Shown here piece by piece: positions 24,091-37,465 of a stretch of DNA of 64,000 nt. The stretch is from Lama guanicoe (lineage: Eukaryota). Under the pieces are notes generated by a model. It did not search any database and had not been told where the DNA came from. It saw only the letters and a program-made list of their open reading frames with translations. Location: the NCBI GenBank assembly GCA_013239625.1, contig MU056050.1, positions 6,023,366-6,087,365 on the forward strand, read 5' to 3'. The position numbers and the translations under genes were made by a program. Position 1 is the first letter of the stretch, and each line of letters begins with the position of its first letter.

Positions 24091-25422
24091 ATTGAGCAGA
24101 GTCCACTTGCCTGGTGAATCAAACTCAGTGTGCATCAGGAAGGAAGCCAAGTGCCCCCAGTCCCACCCCACCCTCTTCTCCCCACCCAAACTGCCAGCTG
24201 CTAAAAATGTCATACAGAGATTTATCCCACTAAATGATTCAGGTCCCCTCCCACACAGTGGCCCTTGGAGCTCCCATAGGTCATACTCCCTTGATAGAGT
24301 TTTCCACACTCTGAGTAGAATGGGATAGAGGACAAGAGGCAGACTCTGGGAATCTAGGAGGTGAGGAAAAAAGGGATGGACAGACAGACCATCAAGGGGT
24401 TAAAAGGAACGAAGGAGGCTGGGAAGGCAGTGAAGAGAGTACCAAAGACAAATTTTTCTGACTTCCTAACTTGACCAGTGGTTGGTTTACATATTATAGA
24501 AAGCAACCTAAGTAATGTTCCTTCTGCCTTGGAATGAAAAAAGAATGTTCCTCAGTATTTCAAACCATCAAACTAACTCAAAGACTCCGTTTTACTACTA
24601 ACAAAAAGTGGCTAGGAAGATAGATTTCTCAAAACTTTTGCCTCGGCTAACAGCATCTCTCCTGCTCCACGATCCTTTCTTTACCGCATACCTCACTCCT
24701 GACTCACGTATGCCACTTTTAACTTTGGAGCAGATTAGGGCCAAGTGCAGCTTGTCTCCTGATTTTGCGCATTTCTTGAGGAAGGCAGTGAGCGCTTCTG
24801 GTCCTGAGTAAAATTGGCAGCCACAGGGAGATAAGGGTCCTAAAGCAGCCTCACCTGTCTAGTGCCACCAGGCTCTAATAGCCTGATGAGCCAAATTGCT
24901 TTCTAGAATATACCAACCACTGGCTGAATTACAAAGTCAGAAAAATCTGTCTTTGGTACCCTGTTCACTGCCTTCCTAGCCGCCTTCCTTCCTAAAGACC
25001 TAAGCTAAGCAGAGATCCTCACACAGTAGGGAAATGGCCATAAGAATAGTAAGAGTTGGCAGCATCCAAAGAAAGACTCATCTCTCACTCATCAGACAGG
25101 CCAGGCCTTGATGCAGGAAAGACTATGGCTGCTAAGACTTGCTTCAGTGGCTGGACCTTATATACTCTCTGAACTCCAGCAGAGTTGTGTGAACTCCAGC
25201 TCTTACTATCGTAAATTCCCCCCAAAAAAAGTTTTTACCTCTTACTATTTGTCAAGCAGGCACTGGAAGAGGCATGAGATCACAGAGATAAAGAAAACAC
25301 AATCCCCAATAACCCCACCTTGGTCGCCATAGGATACCTCATACATTATTGGACTCACCATTTCCTCGCAGACCAGAAGGCAAGATCCTGGTTTCTCCAG
25401 GGCCCATTGCAGAAGCGCAGTC

Positions 25423-26428
25423 TGTAATCAGGAAGAACAAATCTCACTCTGTACTGGTTCTGTTCTTTTTACTTTAACCTTTGTCTTCGATTGCTTCTGT
25501 TCCTTTTACTTTAACCTTTATCTTTGATTGCTTTTGCTTAGTCTGACTAGCTCAAGCAGGACCCTGTGGGGGGGTCCTCCCTGGTATAAATCCTTTCCAA
25601 GTCCCCGCATTTCATGTTTGTAGGAAATAGGCCTCTTTCAGCCTCCTTGACCTTCCCTGAGTTCCAAAGAGCAGATTCAAACAATCGCTCATCAAGGGAG
25701 GGAGGGACTGAGTGGGGGGCGGGGGGTGGAGGGGAGGAGGAGCCCTCAAGAAACCACAGTGCAACATTGGGGCAGGGTCCCAGTTCCTCCGGAAGGAATA
25801 TACAAAGTACCTTTGCGTTGTTCTGCAGGAACTAAGGCCCCCACCCAGGTGGGGGATGGTGACTTTAGGCTGAGCTCGAAATTCCTGGAAAACCGCCCTG
25901 CTGCCTCACCGCCAACCATTTAGAAGTCACACATCCCGCAGCCTTCATCCCAAGTTTTGCCTATAAAACCTCTTTCCCAAGAATATCAGTGAGTTCGGGG
26001 TTTTTGAGCAGAAGCGCACGTTCTCCTGGCTCGACCCTGCGAATAAAGCGGTCTCCACTCCAACCTCCGACTTCCCGGTTTGCTTAGCCACAGTGCGTGG
26101 GGCACCCGATAGCGATTGGTACGAGGCAGGCAAGTTAATCACTAAAGGGATATTGCCTCTGGCAGCTTAAAATATACCTAATGGCCCCTTTCCCGGAACC
26201 CTGCCTCCTTTGCTAGAGCCTTAAGCTAAAATACATTTTTTCTTTTAGCTCGCAGGAACCTCTTGACCTGGCCCAGGTTTGAAGGGCTGCAAGTTCTTTA
26301 CACGGTTCGCCATCTTCTCGGTTTGCTGGCTTTTCCCGAATAAAGTCGCTATTCCTCGCCCCAACACCTCATCTGTCGGTTTATCGGCCTGTCCGGCGAC
26401 AAGCAGTATGAGCTCGGACACCGTAACA
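25423..26428 (+). mobile_element. Composite or nested ERV LTR sequence
   Basis: Starts tgtaatc and ends gtaaca. Inner unit (about 25565-26120) has cctataaaa (about 25960) and aataaa (about 26042); a second aataaa/U5-like end lies at about 26340-26428. No TSD found. Confidence 0.7.
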
Positions 26429-26429
26429 A

Positions 26430-27050
26430 ATATAGGTGGCAAACAAGATTATAAACAAAGCGAATCCTACTTTTACACCAGCTCGAGAGACTTGCGTTCT
26501 CCTAGTAGATCTCCAGTGAGCAATAGCTGCAAACACTTTCCTTTTGACTCTTTTCAATGGTCTACATGATAGGGTAACAAAGCATAAACGCATGAAAGAA
26601 GCACCTTCAATTTTAAGGAACGCTTTTGTACTCTAAAAAATAACCTCCCCAATAACGTAGTTGATCTTTTAAGCAAGTTTGACGAACCTGGTCTTCCTAA
26701 AGTCGGGCCGCCTGCAGCAGCAACTTCTCCCCAGCCCCTCTTCCACAAAGCAACCTCCTAGATTTAAATACACCCCCCGAGGAAAACACGTCCCCTCCCA
26801 GCAATACTTGCGTGAACCCACAGCTGCTGCCTATTGTTAGGCATCAACTCAAAGCAATCAGACTTTCTTTGTATCGGCTGAAAAAACGAGGAAATCGCAC
26901 ATCTATGCCTAACTGCCTCACACCTGTGCTCGCAAAGGTGGCACCAGTACTGAGCATCTTGTGACTAAATCTGGAAAATTGTCTACTTCAAGCCAAGTGA
27001 CTTTCAGCGCTTTAGGTAAGCTTGAAACCTCTCTACCGGCTACGTAGGAT
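26430..27050. promoter_or_regulatory. CpG-retaining, promoter-like unique sequence
   Basis: Visibly many CpGs (gctcgag, gtcgggccgcc, cacgtc, accggctacgt and others) at moderate GC content against a CpG-depleted background. Confidence 0.4.
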
Positions 27051-28747
27051 TTGGAATACACATGTTTGTTCCTTTTTCCTGGTAATCTTTCAAGTCTAAG
27101 CTCTGGGTACATGACCCCCAGACCATAGCTATAGGCAGACACTCCAGACAGAGAACTTAGGTGGTGTGTCTGCAAATTAGCCAATAGGAACTCCCTAAGT
27201 GCAGAGAGGACTCAAGAGAGAAACTGAAACTCAATCCATAAGCAGACTCTGTTTCCAAGTAATAATGGCAACAATTTATTGTGTGCTTACTATATGCCAG
27301 GCACTGTTTTAACCATTATCTCATTTTTTACAGGTAAGGGAACTGAGGCATGGATCTGCTAAGTAACCTGCCAAAGATTGCACAGCTAACAGATGGGAAC
27401 CCAATTAACTCCATGTGTTTTTAATTAATTTATTCCGCTTACTACTCAACACGGTTAAAAATACTTCTGTTAAACCAATTATAATTTGCTGATTTTAAAA
27501 TCAACAGAGCCTTTAACTAGTAGAATTTTTATTTGTTTCTCTTTGCCATAGTATTTACAGTTTGCTTTAGTCAGACAAACGGTAATGCCCCTGCTCTAGG
27601 CATAGCCAGCCATCAGGAATCATTCTAAATCTGCTCCTGTTCCTCTTTAGCCCTACCTATCAAAATCATATACCCCCTCCAAGATCCAACTCAAATACTC
27701 CCTCCTCTCTGAACCTCTTCTAGTCATCTAATTAGGTATGATGTCTTCTTCCTTATCTTTCTGCTTTGGGAAATTATGATGGTATAGCTTTTAGTAGCTA
27801 TTGGGATGACTATTTTATCCTCACCTTCTATTCAACCATAAAATCCTCAGAGGCAGAAACTGAGTCACACTCACCTATGAATTGTCCACATAGCCTAACA
27901 CAGTGCCTTGCAATAGTGGATCCAAATGCATATTTACTGAATTGAATTTCCAGTTGAGAACTACAGTCACATCTTGCTATTAAACAAAGAACTGAGAACA
28001 GTGAGAGATGTAGGGGGAAAAATGTAAATTGGAAGAGATGTCAGAATTGTCATAAATTCTTATTAAGAAATAAGCAAGAAGGAAATACGTATAAGTACCG
28101 CAAGTCTACATGGTGAAGGAAGCTAGGAAGAGAATGTGCCAGGATGAAAACCACAAGGTCATCAAGAGGACAGCTAGGAATTGCTAATATCCTGATCACA
28201 GATCTGGGGGAACAATGGGAATCCCACATGATCCAGTAATTGATCAAATAATTGAAAGTGATAAATGTCAGAACATAAAGTCAAAAAGAGTCAGCTAATG
28301 GAAAGAGAATAGGCAAAACCATATAGAAAGTTTAATTACTTCATGCAGTATAAGAAGTCATCAGCTGGTTGAATGTCAAATTATTTCAGCAGAAATTGGG
28401 GCAAAGAGTATAATTTTGGAAGACTTATCATTGTTGACTCACTCTTCCAAAAGAGGAGAGGAGTAGCTTCATTTTGTAATACACACTAACAGTTTTTCTG
28501 ATCACTCAGATTTTCACATCTTATTAATCATCCTGTTGCTCTTTTGGAAAGTCCCTCACTGAATAGTCAGCAGACTAGAGAATCCAAGCTAAACCTAGAT
28601 CTTTAAAAAAAAAATTCTTAGAAACCCTGTCAAAATCTCATAATAAGAGGGAAGGTCCACATTTGGAATGAGGTCTGTGAAGGGACCTGAGTCAAAGATC
28701 TAGTCCCTCGCCCATTTCTTACAGTTGGGCTCAGCTCAGACTCTCAA

Positions 28748-29200
28748 TCAGTGGTTCCCATATGCCGGCTCATGGAACCGAGCCAGTCTGTGTACCCCTG
28801 CTGGGGATGAAATAAAAACAAAAAACAAAGATAACAAAGACTAAATTTAATTATGTTTTCATTTTTATTTTTTGATGTGTCTATTTTTAAATTCTTATTT
28901 ATTCATTTTTTTTTACAGCAACTTAGTCATAAAATTTAATGTAGTCAATGAAAATGGTTGTTTTTATTTTAGTACTCTGGCCTTCCTGCTTGCTTGTTAT
29001 TAAAGTGCCTTTTCTTTCATAAAATAATAATAATAGTAGTTAGGAGTTGTTTGTGTGTGTGTGTTCTTACATGGCAAAATTAATTTCTGGCAATTTAATA
29101 TTAGTTCTCCAAGTATATATCTATATTTATCTATACACACTCACACATACACAATTTTTTCTTTTTTTTTTTGCAACTGGCCTGAGAACCCCTGCTCAGA
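28748..29200. mobile_element. hAT-Charlie-like MITE
   Basis: cagtggttccca start and tgagaacccctg end (imperfect TIRs); related fragments near 50370-50620 and 52390-52580. Confidence 0.5.
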
Positions 29201-32200
29201 AAGATGTTGATAACTTTAACAAGGGTATGGAAGGATTAGAACAAACCAATTCCAATTAACAGCTGAACTCTGCAGTTAGGTAGCCATTTTCTTCAAGTAC
29301 AAAGGACAGTAAATTTTATTTAGTTCAGTTATACAGTAATATTAATTTCTTGCAAGTCTATCATAGGGAAATCTATGAATTAATATTGTTAAGGTCAGTG
29401 TTACGCTAAGGTATTAAGACACATGACTAATAATCATTCTGTTTAATGTGCAGAGCATGTAAATAGTGCTTCTGAACATTCTAAAGAGAGATGCATTCAT
29501 CTATTTACCCTTGAATCAGGCACCCCCAGATTGCAGCATATTTGTATTTATAGATTTTTTTTTTCCCTTGGAACGCAGCCTCACGGACACCTCAGTGCAG
29601 TCTCTCACCATCCTTTTGCAGCTTCCTGGTGGAGATGACATTTGCTCAGCTAGAGAATAGACACTTTCTAGCTGAGTTGCTCATCACATCGATACCCCAA
29701 GGCCTGGCTGATTTGCTGTCAGAGGACTCCAGCTGTTTAGCTGCCACGATGTGTCTTTCGTAGGAAAAGACATTTCTTGGAACATCAACAGCTTGATAGG
29801 GACTGAGGAGTGCAGGGGAGAAAACTGGAAATTTTGGAGGAACAGAATGGTTTGAACTTGGAGGAGGCATGAAGAGAAAGGGATATTGGGAGACTTGCCC
29901 CCACCTGTGTTTGAAAGACTCATTTTCAGAGCTAACCTTACCATTCGAGATAAGCGACCCTCCACAGCTTAGAGGGTCAAATGTTGGAAGGAGAAGTGGT
30001 CTATTACCCACCCTAGGGGTGAACAGATCAGATGTGGATGGAAAACTCATCAGAAAAGCTAGAAAATGCCTCATGAAGTGGTCAACAATCTCACTTCAAT
30101 CTGATTTTCTTTGTGCCTTGATTTCTGAAAATCATGGGTAAAGAATACTCTCGGGCACGCTTCTAAGACCCAGAGAGCAAAACACTGGCCAAAGATCCTT
30201 AAATTCTAAACGCTCCTTGGGGAAGCAGAGTTGGTAGCAGGAACACGCAGGAGGGAGGGGCGTGCACGGGGCTAACGAGGCTGTGCTGGCCAGTCGGGAG
30301 CTCAGGTGGGCCAGTTAGCTCTGCTTTCTTCCCAGCCATTTACTGACCCCTGAACTCTGGCCAGTCATCTCACAGTTCTATGCCATTGGTCACAGGGGTC
30401 GCCAAGAGAAGGTGGTTGGCTCAGTGAAAACTAACCAGCAGAGACAGAGCTCCAGGGGTCCGCTGTATGTACGAGGGGGCTGCACAGCCACACTTCAGGG
30501 CACCAAGTGCAATTTTACAGCCTGCCGAGTCCTTCTGCCCCCATACCTTCCACTCTCACTGCTCTTCTCATCCTCTTTTGTCGTTGTTGGCTTGCCCATT
30601 TGTTTCTCCCACTCAACTGAGTGTCTTCCCCCAACTCTGTCACCCTGGCGCCTCACACAGTTTTGGCACAGAGTAAGCACTCAATAAATCTTTGCCAAAT
30701 GAATGACAGAATATGAGGGGCCGAGCTTCAGGGTTCCCAAGCATTGTTTATAACAACTCAGTGGGTCACCAGTTTCACCATAAAATTCTGAAAAAAAATC
30801 CCCAAAGAAAATGCATGTCATTCACTCTGAAAATTGTAATAGACAAAAGTCTTTGCCAAAATATTACCACCTATGTGCCAAGGGACAGATGTGAATAGTA
30901 ACAAATTAAGTAGCCTGCCAGGGTAACAGTTTTTGGTCCTCAAATGACCTCTTAATTTATTGTAAGTATCGCCCAGGTGTTACAACACCTTGATGTATTT
31001 AATACGTTTTCCCCAAACCTCTACCCTAGGCTCTAATCAGTTTTTGAATTTAAAAAATCATAATCTGCATTCACAATGGTGGTACTTTGGCCCTAAATGT
31101 CAGATGGAGAAAGGTTAGGAGAAGGAACACCCAGTGAGGTAGCCACTATTATTAGCATGTGCATTTTACAGAGAGAGAAACTGAAAGTCAGTATCGATGT
31201 GATTTTCCCAGTCGCTTACCAGCCAGCCAGGTATTGTGTTTTTTCCCCAAAATTTTATTTGGAAAATGTTTTAAAATACAGAAAAACTGAAGGAGATTCT
31301 GTGTGAAGGAGATAAATGGAGGAACTTCAAGTAAGGTGGGGGTGTACACACAGAAAGCATCAAGCAGTCGGAAAGCACAAAGGCTAAGCTGAGTGTGGTG
31401 GAAACCTCAAGTCCATCTTGGAGCACAGTGGGAGAAGGAGCTGGAAAGACTGGGGAGGGCCATTTATGGTTCTATTTCAGCAGACAATAGCGAGGTAGAA
31501 TGGACCTAATCGTCACCTGAAACTAATTATATGTGTCAATTACAGCTCAGTTTAAAAAAGAACCCAATCACAACCACACTATAGGAAAATTGAGTTTGTG
31601 GCATTCTATTCAGTTGAATCAACATTTTGCAGTTATCTATTATGTGCTTCATAAAGAGGACTGTAGGAAGAAGAAACTAAAGACTATGGTGAGGATTAGG
31701 GGAACTCATGGGTTATCTACTATCATTATCCAGGCTTAAAGCAATGAACGTCTTAACTAATACCGTGAAAATGGTAATTGAAAGATGGAAACTTATCGAG
31801 GAGGTAGAACTGAGAGCCCTGGTGACTGGATGTGGTGCTGGGAAGGGTACTAATCTCTCTTCTGCTTATAGCATATAGCTACCTGCCAATAGCAGCAAAT
31901 GTGAATATTGGCCGTAGTTCCCATATAGAATGGGGCCTTCCTTTTGTAGAATTGGGTCTTTTTCCATTATCTCTGCTAGAGTATGGCTCTCTCCCCACCA
32001 CTCTGGAGTAACTGTGTCTATTTGAACCTTTACGCTTCAATGCAGTGTCACAAGAATCACAACTACTTGGGCCATTGACATCCAAATGAAGGAAAAATAC
32101 TCACTAGGATTTTTGCACACGGCCAAAAAAAGGTGATTGTTTCCCAGGAACATCCAAAGGAAATACCAAGGAACAATCCTACCACCACCAGAAATCCTTC

Positions 32201-34854
32201 TTCCACTGACGTTTCAAATGCCTGACAGTTTCACCATTCAGTGAGAGAATTCAGAGACAAAGATTCAACACTTAGGCCCTTTTGGAATCATGTGCATTGA
32301 AGTTATATGGAGACATTTTTGCTTGAAAGAAGCAAGAGATTGGCATGGGTTCATGTATCTGGTGCCTCAACGACCCTTTTTCATTGAGTAGAATAAAGCC
32401 CTCAGAGAACAGGACTGTGGAAGTAGTTAAGTGAGGGTGCATGTGGGGATATTAAGAAAGTCCACAACAAGAAACAGGCCCAGATAGAGCTCCAGTTTGT
32501 GGGTGCATGGGTGCCTATGTCAGTCGATCAAGACTATGAATGAATGGGAAAATAGGACCCTAGAAGGCAATCTTAGCAGAGTATCTCCCTCAAAGGTTGT
32601 CCTGTCATCAAAGTGCTGGGGTATGAAAAGTCCAAAAGGGTAGGAATCACTGGCCTAAGTAATAAAGATTTATCTGCAATAAACCAAAGCTCTGAAACTT
32701 AAAAATGCCAGTGTTATAACTTTGGTCCCTGGCCCAGGACACCTGACCATCCTCTGCATACATCTCAAATATTTTCCCCTCCAGGGCCCTGCGCTCTCGC
32801 AAAAGACAGTACTTACAGAATCACTAAGGAGAGCCTCATTGCTCAGCTCCGCTGCATACATGTCAGTGTACTCAGTGAACCCCTGCTAATTGGTTAAAGA
32901 CACTGCAGCCTTACAGGGCAGCGAGGGGAGGGTGGAGCTCAAGGCATCCAGTGTCAAAGTAATGAACAGGGGAAGTGAAGCGAAGTGAAGCCAATGATCA
33001 GCAGCAGCAGGAGCTACAAAGAAGCCTTCAACCAACCTTCACACCTCTGACTTTAACTAAAGAGCCGCTGAAGAAAAGGGGCCTGTGAGGCTTAGGACAA
33101 AAGGCAGGACTGGGCAGAGTATGTATTGGATCGATGTGCGTTGAGTGAAAAAGTCAGAAAAGTAGCATGGGGCCAGGTCGAGGTGCCCAGTGACAAGAGG
33201 TAGATATTTGCTTTTATCAGAAAAAAAAAAAATCCTCCACTTCCCCCACTATTTTGTAGCATCTGGTTTTTCTTCTAAATTCATGAGACTGTCTCTCTTT
33301 TGTTCCTTTATAAATACTTAAGAGATGCAGCCCTTTCTGTGCGAGCTGACTGTGGGTGACTGTAACACAACTTCTTGTAATCCAAAGAATGAGCCTGGTT
33401 TACACGAGAGACCCTTTGATTTGGACCCCACGCACATGGAATTGGTGATGACTTAACTAGTGGATACTATAAATAAGATAATCAGAGGGTTACTTAATCT
33501 ATTGAAAGACATATCCAGCTAACAATTTATGGAAAACTCAAGAATAATTCACATTCAGATTTTTAAGTGGCCCTTCTAAGAATGCATATCCCAGGCAATA
33601 GAACATTAAAACGCTTCATTAATTCAGACTGGTCTCTGCTCAACATCTCCATCATTTGTTCCCAATCACTGATGAAATATCTTAGTTCACGAAATATGGA
33701 GAGTGATTTGGCTGCACAGGTATAGCTAAAGCTAAGTGGTCCCTGAAAAGCTTGGAATTTGAGCTGAGAGACTAAAAGCCCTTAGAGACTGTCTTAAAAC
33801 GTGGAGAGTTCTCTGAGTTCAACGAAGGATATTCTCATGAGTTTAAAAAAAATAAAAATCTTTATCCACTTCAGTTAAGCTTTATCACTCTACACACAGT
33901 TTCCACTTGTTAAATACCACTAGGATCTGTTCTACCTTGGGAAAAAAGAAAACTTCTTTTAGGTCTCTAGAGATGTGAAAAAAAGAATCAAGCAGCTTCT
34001 AAAATGAAGTGGACACTCCATATGGTTTCTCTTCCCATTTATGCACAAAGAAGCCTTTCCTAAGAACTTGCAGAGAAGTCTTTAAAACATATTCCTAGGA
34101 AAAGAAAGCGAGAGACTGAGCTCAGGGAAGAACTAGGAGACAAGACCAAAATGTGAAGGCTAGAAATTCCAGCCCCTGCTTGCCAAAGTATACTGAGGCT
34201 GAGATTAGCAGAATTGGAATATCTTAACAAAGGTAATCCAGCTCATTATACCCCAGATGAGATTGGAAGTGATGAAATATTGGGGGAGGGAAAAAAAACA
34301 GAGTCTGTCTCTAAATAACCAACAACAGCTTTAGTTCCAAAAATAAACTGTAAGATGGGCAGTCGCAGCAATCCAGGTATATATTAAGGCAAGTAAGAAT
34401 AAAAGAATAAAACTGAATGGAATATTTCCTCCTTATTGTGGTGTATGGCGGGAGGAACTGTTAACATGGAGAGACCCAATTTGAACGCTAAGGAAGAGAG
34501 AATGAGCTAGAATGCCAGTCTCTGCCTTTACATTGCCTTTCCAACCCAGCTTGCTTTTAGCATCTCAGAGAAAAGAGGAGACATACACAGCAGGGAAAGT
34601 GCTGTATTTTTGATGATGAAACAGCTGTCAAGAGACCTATCCTCTAATCCAGCTGTGTTCCTTCCTGGTTGTGTGACCTTGGACATTTCACTAAACTTCT
34701 TATGGCTCCAGTTACCTGGTTTGTAAAATAAGAGCCTTGGTTTAATTGTGTAGTGGTGAATACAATGCGATTGTGTAAAATATCTTGAAGCTCCTTAAGT
34801 ATTATAAAAATATTGTATAATATTATCATTGCTTTAATACTCTATGATTCAGTG

Positions 34855-35211
34855 GGAGAAGTTGCCAAGATGTCAGAGTAGAGGGACGCAGTGCTCACCC
34901 TCCCTCATGAATACAGCAAAAACAACATCTACATATGGAACAAATCTCACAGAATACCTACTGAACTTTGGCAGAATATCTCTTACAATCGGAAATACAA
35001 GGAAATCCTCACAAAACCAGGTAAACAACAAGTTTCTACTGTATAGCACAGGGACTATATTCAATATCTTGTAGTAACCTATAATGAAAAAGAATAGGAA
35101 AAGGAATACATGTATATGTATGACTGAAGCATTATGCTGTACACCAGAAATTGACACATTGTAAACTGACTAGACTTCAATTAAAAAAAAAAGCAGCATG
35201 CAATAAAAAAA
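34855..35211 (+). mobile_element. Bipartite (internally deleted or spliced) L1-derived retroposon with 19-bp TSD
   Basis: TSD aatactctatgattcagtg at 34836-34854 and 35212-35230; ttt|aata insertion site. 35022-35181 matches the L1 tail at 42940-43100 (reverse complement). 34855-35020 begins ggagaagttgccaagatgtcagagtag, like L1 5' termini. Confidence 0.8.
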
Positions 35212-36114
35212 AATACTCTATGATTCAGTGATCCCATAGAACCAAGAAATAATTTCCAGACAGCAGAGATTCAGCTAAGGGGAGTATGTACATGTGTGTC
35301 CCTGCACAGAGGAGGGGAGGGGAAGAGCAAAGGAAAGAAATAATCCAGCATGAGTGCACAAGAAAACCAACCAGAAGAACATAGATGGTTTAAAAATAAA
35401 TTGACATCTAGTTACGTTGATTTACTCTAAATAAACCTGCAACCGGGATGGGTCACAGCCTGAGAAGTCTTTCGTGAACACACACTCGAACTTTCAACAC
35501 AAATCCTGCCTCAAAGTCTGGTCTAGAATTCTAAGCAATCAAGCAGTAGTGGTAGTGAGATCACAAATCTACCACATGTTTAACTGGCCAAAGTTAACTG
35601 GACTTAGAGCAGGTAAATCTATCAAGCAATGTTCCAAAAGAACTGTGCAAGAATATATAAGCTAGGTCGTACATTGAGGCCCTTGGAAAACAGCCACAGC
35701 ATTTCTTCTAAGAATTACTGTTGCTATTACTTAGAGCTAGGATCTGAACCCAGACAGGCCGACTCCAGAGCAGTACTCTCCTCTACTGCGCATCTGCTGG
35801 AACAGTCCTTGTGAGTGACTTTACACAGGCATCTCACATTTTAGATTAACAAGGGTTTCCTTACTCTTTCTATAAATCAACTGCTATTTTCCTCACTGAT
35901 TTACATGAAAATTTCAGATGGACTGTCAATTTGAACTTGTTCTTAACAAATTAGTCTTAAGCTTCATTGCCTCCACCCTCTCTCCCCCAATCTTCTCTGC
36001 CAAGTACTTAATGATGTATAAACAAGCACAAATACGAAAGGAAGCCCAGTATGTAGAGGACTCCTTTAGCAGTCTTTTAATAGGCTGAAGAGTCCTTTCA
36101 AGAAGTGAGTGATT

Positions 36115-37230
36115 CCTCAATAGAACAGATCAGAAAGTCCAGAAATAAATCCAAACACATATAGGAATTTGGTACATGCTAAAAGTGGTATTTAAATCCA
36201 TGAGGAAGAGATAGTTGAATAAACGGTGTTGAGACAACTACGTAGAAATCCAGAAAAAGTAAAGTTGAAGCCACAACTCACACCTAACCCAAATAAATTC
36301 CAAATAGACCAGGATGTTAATACAAAAAATATAACCATGAAAAAGACTAGAAAAGCGAAATCATGTTTTTAATCATCTTTGAGTGGTGAGAAGTCCTTTC
36401 TAAGTATGACACAAAACCCAGAAGCCAAAAAAGAAGTTGATACAGTTGACTACCTGAAAATAAAAATTGCTTCATGGCAAAAACTTCCATGAGGTTAAAA
36501 AAAAAATGGCAAACTGAGAAAATATTTGCAACACATATCACTGAAAAGGGGTTTTCTTAATATAAAAAGATCTATAAATCATATAGATCAAAGATCTATA
36601 AATTGATCTATAAATCAATTTTAGAAGACCAACAGGCAAATAGGAAATGATCAAAGGACAATAAACAGATTATTTATAGAATATAAAATACCAAACATAT
36701 AGTTTTTCAATTTTATCCATAATAAGAGAAATACGAATTAAAACCTCACTGAAATACTACTTTTCACCTGTCAGACTAATGATGTGGAAAAAGTCTGCTA
36801 ACACACTGTGCTAGTGAGGATGTAGGGAAACGGTCACTCTCCTAAGTTGCTGAAGGGAGAATAATTGGCACAACCGGTATGGAGATCAATTTGCCCATAT
36901 CTATCAAATTTGAAACGCGCTTACCTTTGGACCTAGAAATTCCCCTTTTAGGAATTTATCTTATAGGTATGTTCATGTATAGTAAATGACACATGTATAA
37001 AGATATTAATTGGAGTATTTTTGTAGTAGCTACAGATTAGAAACACTTTAAATGTTTATCAATAGGATATTTGATTATCAATTATGGTAGAACCAAACAT
37101 TGGACATCGACATGTTACTGGTGGAAAATGCCCTCCAAAATATATACTTAAGTGAAAAACCAAGGAACATAACAACACTTAAAGTGTGCTACAATTTGTC
37201 TAAAATCTGGGGGTAAAATATATGTATGTG
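36115..37230 (+). mobile_element. Old L1M (L1MC/ME-like) ORF2 3' region and 3' UTR, decayed
   Basis: aatagaacagat...ccagaaataaatcc, gagaaaatatttgcaacacata and gtgaggatgtagggaaacgg motifs. Confidence 0.8.
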
Positions 37231-37242
37231 AAAGTAAGCAGA

Positions 37243-37465
37243 GCACAATGGTTAAGAGCATGGACTCTGAAGTCAACCATCTTGGATTTAAGTCTTGGCT
37301 CTACCACTTAATAACTATGTGCCTCAATCTCATCTATAAAGTGGGATAATTATATTACCTACTTTGTTGGGCCTTTCTGAAGATTAAATTACTTAGTTGA
37401 TATTTGTCAAAGTCTTTGAACAGTGCCTGACACATAGTAAGTACTATTTAAGAATCTGTTAAATA
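37243..37465 (+). mobile_element. MIR SINE
   Basis: atggttaagagcatggactctgaagtca ... cagtgcctgacacatagtaagtact. Confidence 0.85.

Noticed and set aside
36568..36620. Three gatctataaat repeats
   Set aside because: Local slippage inside a decayed L1; no spacer-repeat architecture.
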